Shown here piece after piece: positions 58,956-64,000 of a stretch of 64,000 nt of DNA. This DNA comes from an uncultured Verrucomicrobiota bacterium (GTDB lineage Bacteria > Verrucomicrobiota > Verrucomicrobiia > Limisphaerales > UBA9464). Location: positions 19,756 through 83,755 of the forward strand of contig CAIWVP010000175.1 of NCBI GenBank assembly GCA_903916195.1, read 5' to 3'. A model generated the notes under the pieces. It was not told where the DNA came from and made no database searches. It saw only the letters and a list, made by a program, of their open reading frames with translations. A program made the translations under genes and the position numbers. How positions within the stretch are numbered: position 1 is the stretch's first letter; each line of letters begins with the position of its first letter.

Positions 58956-60233
58956 TCATCCCTGCCAGAACAGGGGGCCCTTCGGGGCCTTGTAGCGGAC
59001 GGCCATCTCCGGCGTCTCCACCACGGCCTGGTCGCGCGCCAGCGACTGGACCGCGGCGAGGGTCATCCCGGAGGTCAGCAGGGTGCGCTCGATCGGATAC
59101 GGCGCGCGTCGATCGATGACCATCCGCTCGATGTGGTGGATCTGCGGGTTGAAGAAGTCCGCGGTCGTCGATCCGTGCGTCGGCATCGGCAGGTACATCT
59201 GGCACGAGATGATCTTGCCCGAGGCGGCGTCCAGGCCGGCGTAGTTGAAGTCGCGGATGCCCAGCAGGAACATCGCCGTGCGGAACCCGTCGCGGTGCTC
59301 GATGAAGTACCCGATGCCGTCCGGGAACACCGACCGGGCCCAGTCGAACGTCACGGGTGCCGTCGGGAAGCCGTCCTGCACCGGCAGGTTGTGGCTGCGG
59401 TTCAGCGCGGCGACGAGCAGGCGCTGCGTGGTCTCGCGCCGTGCCACCGCGTCCCAGAGGCGCGGGCCCTTGAGCGCCTGCACGCTGCGGATGCCCACCT
59501 CGCCGCCGGCGCGCCGTTCGGACATGCATTGCGCGGTCTCGAGCCCGTGGAAATCGTAGCTGTCCACGCCGCCGTACGCGGCGCAGACGCTCTCGGTCAG
59601 GCGGGTGCCGAGCGGCACGTCGATCGCCGGCATCCGCCGCGTGACCGGCAACGACGATCCTGCGAGGAACGGGAAATCCAGACGCTTCGAATCGGCGACC
59701 ATCTCGGCGCACCGGCCCCAGTCGGTCGAGAGATGCTTGTCGTTGAAGACCGGGACGCTGCGGCCGCTCGCCTCGAACACCTTCACCACCTCTTTGAAGA
59801 ACTTGTGCCTCGGATAGAGCGTCTGTCCGAGGTCGTTCTTCGGGTATTTGCCGTGCTCGCCGATGATGACCACGCCGTCCACCGCCAGCTTGGAGGTGCC
59901 CAGCGTGAGCGCCTCGGCGAGGGTCGGATAGATCGGCACCTTGTGTTCTTTGGCGCGCGTCCGGGCGAGGTCCCCCTCGGGGAACTGGTCGATGTAGAGC
60001 GACGCGAGGTCCACGGCGGGCGGCGTCCAACGTCCTTCCCACGAGTAACCGGTCAGCAGCCGGTCGATGAAATGCTGTGCGTGCGAATGTAGGCGCATCT
60101 CGGTCCCGATGAGGGCGATCCGCTTCCGGCGCGGCGGCGCGGCGAGCAGAGCGGGCGTGCCGAGGACGGCGCCGGCGACCGCGGCGGTGGTGGAGGCGAG
60201 GAACGAACGGCGGGACGAGACGAGAGGGTTCAT
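58956..60233 (-). CDS. Tat-signal protein, Gfo/Idh/MocA-like fold without a canonical GxGxxG
   Basis: Twin-arginine signal MNPLVSSRRSFLASTTAAVAGA. RIALIGTEMRLHSHAQHF sits where the Rossmann motif would be. 425 aa. Confidence 0.55.
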   Translation of the reverse strand: MNPLVSSRRSFLASTTAAVAGAVLGTPALLAAPPRRKRIALIGTEMRLHSHAQHFIDRLLTGYSWEGRWTPPAVDLASLYIDQFPEGDLARTRAKEHKVPIYPTLAEALTLGTSKLAVDGVVIIGEHGKYPKNDLGQTLYPRHKFFKEVVKVFEASGRSVPVFNDKHLSTDWGRCAEMVADSKRLDFPFLAGSSLPVTRRMPAIDVPLGTRLTESVCAAYGGVDSYDFHGLETAQCMSERRAGGEVGIRSVQALKGPRLWDAVARRETTQRLLVAALNRSHNLPVQDGFPTAPVTFDWARSVFPDGIGYFIEHRDGFRTAMFLLGIRDFNYAGLDAASGKIISCQMYLPMPTHGSTTADFFNPQIHHIERMVIDRRAPYPIERTLLTSGMTLAAVQSLARDQAVVETPEMAVRYKAPKGPLFWQG

Positions 60234-61489
60234 CGAGGGATCGGTTTCGGTCGGGGGTTCCAGAAGAGCCAAAGGATCAGCGCCGCCAGCAATGGAAGAC
60301 CCGAGGCGAGGACGATCCCGCGGTCGAACGATCCGAGCCGGTCGGCGAGCGCGCCGAAGAGTTTCTGCGCCTGTGCCGGGACCACCCACCCCGCGACGCC
60401 CGCGATGCCGGTGATCTTGCCCTGGTGCTCCGCCGAGAGGTCCTGCGTGAAGGCGTGGTAGATCGGGAACACGCCCAACGCGCCCGCCCCGGCCAGCAAC
60501 AGCAGCGCGAGCAGCATCCAGCCGCGGCCGAGCAGCGGCACCAACGCGCAAGCGGCGCACGCCGCTCCGCAGAGCGCGAAGACCAGCACCCGCGAGCCGT
60601 GGACCGTCCAGCCTCGCTTCACCAGCCAAACGGCCAGCAGTCCGGCGCCGAGGCATCCGACATCGGTCGCGGCGAACCACGCCGAGTTGAAATAGAGCGC
60701 CTGCGATTCGGGATAGCCGCGGCCTTCCTGGAGGATCTTCGGCAACCAGGCCCGCAGGATCTGCCACGTCGTGTTGATGCACGCGATCATCGCGAAGACC
60801 ACCAGCATCCGGCGGCTGAAGACGATCCGCCACAGCGACGGCGTCTCCGTTCCGGCGCCGACGGCGGGGACCGCGGATGCCGGGGGGCGCAGGTCCGCGT
60901 CGCGGAGAAGACCGAACCACAGCACCAACCAGAGCACGCCCGCCGCACCCACGACCTGGAACGGCAGGCGCCAGCTGCCCGTCTCCGGCGTCATCAGCGC
61001 GTTCATGACGAGCGGTGTGACGATCGCCCCGACCGATGTGCCGCTCTGGAGCACGCCGTTCCCGAGCGATCGGTCCCGCTCGGAGAGCAGGGCTCGCGTC
61101 GTCCGGATCCCGCACGGCCAGTGCCCGGCCTCGAAGAAACCGAGCAGCATCCGGCAGTGGAGCAGGTCGCCGTGGTCGTGGGCGAAGCTGGTCGCGAAGC
61201 CCACCGCCGACCACGCGGCCAAGATGAAAGCGTACAACCAGCGCACGGACACGCGGTCCGACAGCCAGCCGAAGACCAACGACCCGGCGGCGAAAGAGTA
61301 CGCGAACACCGCCTCGATCTGGCCGTACTGCGCCTGGTCGAGGCGGAACTCCTTCGTGATCCGCACCGACGCGTTGGCCAGCGTCTGGCGGTCCATGTAG
61401 TTGATCGCCGACGCCAACAACAGCAGCCCGCAGACGACCCACTTCCACGAGTCCGGCCGGGCCGGGAGGTTGGTGTCGCGGGAGGGCAT
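60230..61489 (-). CDS. MFS transporter (anion:cation symporter / hexuronate-like)
   Basis: 12 TM helices with the N-terminal NYMDRQTLANA motif. The stop overlaps the downstream start by 4 nt. Confidence 0.75.
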   Translation of the reverse strand: MPSRDTNLPARPDSWKWVVCGLLLLASAINYMDRQTLANASVRITKEFRLDQAQYGQIEAVFAYSFAAGSLVFGWLSDRVSVRWLYAFILAAWSAVGFATSFAHDHGDLLHCRMLLGFFEAGHWPCGIRTTRALLSERDRSLGNGVLQSGTSVGAIVTPLVMNALMTPETGSWRLPFQVVGAAGVLWLVLWFGLLRDADLRPPASAVPAVGAGTETPSLWRIVFSRRMLVVFAMIACINTTWQILRAWLPKILQEGRGYPESQALYFNSAWFAATDVGCLGAGLLAVWLVKRGWTVHGSRVLVFALCGAACAACALVPLLGRGWMLLALLLLAGAGALGVFPIYHAFTQDLSAEHQGKITGIAGVAGWVVPAQAQKLFGALADRLGSFDRGIVLASGLPLLAALILWLFWNPRPKPIPR

Positions 61490-61497
61490 GGGGTCTC

Positions 61498-62256
61498 CTA
61501 GCCGTTCCAGGACCTGCCGTCCCAGGCGATCATCCGGCCGAGCAGCGCCTCGACGTCCGCCGAGAACGCCCGGAAGAGCGCCTCGCCCTTCTCCGTCGTC
61601 GCGAGGTGAGGCGACCCGATGTGGCCCGGCACCGAACGGTCCTGCGTGACCCAGCCGCGGACCGCGGGCTCGAAGCCTTTGCCGAACGGCACCGGCGGCA
61701 CGGCGCGATGATCGCCGACGAGCCGCGGGTCGAGACGCAGGATCATCGACGTCTCCCATTCGCAGGCGTGTCCCATCTCCCGCTGCTCGATCGCTGGATC
61801 CGATTCCCACGGACGCGCGCCGAGGCTCCAATAGGTGGCGAGCAACAGCAGGAGGTCGGAGCGGTCGCGATGCTTCTGGCGGAGTTCGAAGACGGCCTGT
61901 CGTCCCGGCACGTCGTTGCCGCCATGGCCGTTGAGGAAGACCAGACGCCGGAAACCGTGCTTCAGGAAGTTCTCGGCCAGACCCTCGAGCAGATCGAGAT
62001 AGGTTCGGGGTGCGGCGGAGAGCGTGCCCGGGAAATCGAGGTGATGGTCCGAATTGCCGAGCCACATCAGCGGCGCGAACAGTACGCGGTCGCCCGTCGA
62101 GAGCTTGGCGCGCCGCACGACCTCGCCGAGCAGCAGGCAATCGGTGAAGAGCGGCAGATGGTGGCCGTGTTGTTCCAAGGCCGCGATGGGGATGACCACC
62201 GGGGTGTCCTTGGGAAGTGCCGCGATCGCGGGCCAAGCTAGGTCGATCAGATCCAT
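61498..62256 (-). CDS. creatininase-family amidohydrolase
   Basis: Reads VVIPIAALEQHGHHLPLFTD...FLNGHGGN...HACEWETS. Confidence 0.75.
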   Translation of the reverse strand: MDLIDLAWPAIAALPKDTPVVIPIAALEQHGHHLPLFTDCLLLGEVVRRAKLSTGDRVLFAPLMWLGNSDHHLDFPGTLSAAPRTYLDLLEGLAENFLKHGFRRLVFLNGHGGNDVPGRQAVFELRQKHRDRSDLLLLLATYWSLGARPWESDPAIEQREMGHACEWETSMILRLDPRLVGDHRAVPPVPFGKGFEPAVRGWVTQDRSVPGHIGSPHLATTEKGEALFRAFSADVEALLGRMIAWDGRSWNG

Positions 62257-62383
62257 GGGATGGGAGACGTTAGCGGCGCCCGGCCCGTGAAGACAAGGCC
62301 GCTGGTCGGCCACGTCGGCCAGCACGATCGGCGCCCGTGTTTGACGTTGGGCCCGGCCCGGGTTCTGCCATCTTCCACCCATC

Positions 62384-64000
62384 ATGCGCTGGATCCGGCT
62401 TCTCCTGCTCGCCGTCGTCGTCGCTGGACCGATGTCCGCCCAGGAGGTCTCGGCGGTGCGGCCGGTCATCAGCGAGTTCTTGGCCAGCAACGCCGGCGGG
62501 CTCGCCGACGAGGACGGCGACACCCCGGACTGGATCGAGATCCACAACCCCGGGCCCGCCGTCGCGGACCTCGGTGGATGGTTCCTCACGGATTCCGAGG
62601 CATCGCCGAAGCGTTGGCGTTTCCCCGCCCCGACGCCGTTGGTGCCCGGTGCCCGGCTCGTGGTGTTCGCCTCGGGCAAGGACCGCACCAACTCCCTGCG
62701 CCCGCTCCACACGAGCTTCGCGCTCGATGCATCCGGCGGATACCTCGCGCTCGTGGAGCCCGACGGCGTCACAGTCGCGAGCGCCTACCGCTACGGGCCC
62801 CAGCGGAAGAACGTCTCGTTCGGCCGCGGCCGTCCGGTCGACCCGATGCCGCTGGTTGCCGTCGGCGCCGGTGCGCGCCTGCTCATCCCGTCCGATGCGT
62901 CGGCGGGGCTGCGGTGGACCGGCGCCGATGCCGCGTTCGATGATTCCGCATGGACCGCGGTGACCACTGGTGTCGGCTTCGACCGCTCGGATGCCGCACC
63001 GGGCTTGCTCGCCTATTGGGATTTCAACGACGTCACCGTTCCCGCCGTGGCGAAGGACGGGAGCGGCAACCATCGCGACGGGACGTTGAAAGGCGTCGCC
63101 TTCACCGCCGACGCCGCGGGACGCACGGGCAAGACCGGGGACCGCGCGTTGGATTGCAAGGGCACCGGCAACCTCGGCGTCGCCGCGGCCGCGGCCGGGA
63201 TGTTCGATTCCGCGATCCTCCACGACGAGGTCACGCTCAGCCTCTGGATCTTCGGCGGCACCCAGCAGCCGTCGCCTGACAGCGTCTTCTGGGCGAGCCC
63301 GCAAGCCGACGGCGGCGGCAACCGCTCGCTCAACGCCCACGTGCCGTGGAGCGACCAGGTCGTGTACTGGGACACCGGTTGCTGCGACCCGGCGATCGAT
63401 CGCGTGTCCGTCGGCGTGCCCGATCCGGCAAACTGGCGAGGCCGATGGGACCACTACGCGTTCGTGAAGCGCGGCGGGAAGAAGCAGGTCTGGCTCGGCG
63501 GCAAACTCCTCTTCGAAGGGAACAACACGGGACGTCTCAACCCGATCCGCAGCTTCATGATCGGGGCGGGCCCGGGGATGCCCTACCACGGGCGCATCGA
63601 CGATTTCTCGGTCTGGGACGTCGCGCTCGATCCATCGCAGATCGGCGCGCTGTCGGCCGGCGCCTCGCCGTCGCAGGTCCGCCGGCTCACGCCGCTCATC
63701 GCCACCGACATCGGCGTCGCGATGTCCGGCATCGGCTCGTCGGCGTACCTGAGGATCCCTTTCACCGCGGCCGATCTGGATCCCGCCGGCCTGCTCCTGC
63801 TCCGGATGCGCTATGACGACGGCTTCGTCGCCTACGTCGACGGCACCGAGGTCGCACGCCGCGGTGCACCGGCGTCCGCCGGGTCCTCTTCCGCGGCGAC
63901 CTCGGCTCGTCCCGCGCAGGACGTCGTCGTCCCCGAGGAGATCGAGATCCCGGCGGCCGGCATGATCCACGCCGGCACGAACGTCCTCGCGATCCACGCG
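62384..64000 (+). CDS. secreted lamin-tail-domain (LTD) plus LamG/concanavalin-like domain protein (continues beyond the right window edge)
   Basis: Not in the track because it is open to the edge; translated by hand. Reads MRWIRLLLLAVVVAGPMSAQE...VISEFLASNAGGLADEDGDTPDWIEIHNPG...GWFLTD...RFP...LVVFASGKD, followed by a LamG-like region ending DDFSVWDVAL. Confidence 0.7.
   Translation, partial: MRWIRLLLLAVVVAGPMSAQEVSAVRPVISEFLASNAGGLADEDGDTPDWIEIHNPGPAVADLGGWFLTDSEASPKRWRFPAPTPLVPGARLVVFASGKDRTNSLRPLHTSFALDASGGYLALVEPDGVTVASAYRYGPQRKNVSFGRGRPVDPMPLVAVGAGARLLIPSDASAGLRWTGADAAFDDSAWTAVTTGVGFDRSDAAPGLLAYWDFNDVTVPAVAKDGSGNHRDGTLKGVAFTADAAGRTGKTGDRALDCKGTGNLGVAAAAAGMFDSAILHDEVTLSLWIFGGTQQPSPDSVFWASPQADGGGNRSLNAHVPWSDQVVYWDTGCCDPAIDRVSVGVPDPANWRGRWDHYAFVKRGGKKQVWLGGKLLFEGNNTGRLNPIRSFMIGAGPGMPYHGRIDDFSVWDVALDPSQIGALSAGASPSQVRRLTPLIATDIGVAMSGIGSSAYLRIPFTAADLDPAGLLLLRMRYDDGFVAYVDGTEVARRGAPASAGSSSAATSARPAQDVVVPEEIEIPAAGMIHAGTNVLAIHA

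Overview
This is a high-GC (about 65% by eye) bacterial chromosomal segment. Gene content points to the PVC superphylum, probably Verrucomicrobiota, but that is inference only. The pointers are a Pirellula/Verrucomicrobium-type CxxCH heme-binding 'dehydrogenase', a 1751-aa S8 peptidase, a lamin-tail-domain protein and a Tat-signal GFO-like protein. I can support about 50 coding genes, one tRNA and two decayed genes. Content is mostly housekeeping and catabolism: secreted peptidases (M2/ACE-like, S9 prolyl oligopeptidase, S8, S41 Prc), an L-rhamnose ABC uptake + mutarotase + lutABC block with rhaA 9 kb away, Kup, ChrA, APC and MFS transporters, and ndk, proC, efp and a NifS/IscS-type gene. The window looks origin-proximal: an orphan dnaN is preceded by a DnaA-box cluster and an AT-rich tract, and mnmG(gidA) carries or adjoins two parS sites. 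Other points are a RAYT gene bracketed by 30-bp inverted REP hairpins, a yjbQ-like pseudogene broken by an 8-bp tandem duplication, a decayed GT2 gene beside a Xer recombinase, an EF-P whose loop tip reads Asn, and an initiator tRNA with only two G:C pairs in the anticodon stem. I found no CRISPR, rRNA, prophage or recognisable defence island, and no clear-cut new multi-gene system. The most novel-looking item is a small membrane protein with a ParB-like N-terminal peptide next to parS. Many long ORFs in the supplied track are alternate-frame GC artefacts. ORFs that run off the window edges are missing from the track and were read directly from the sequence.
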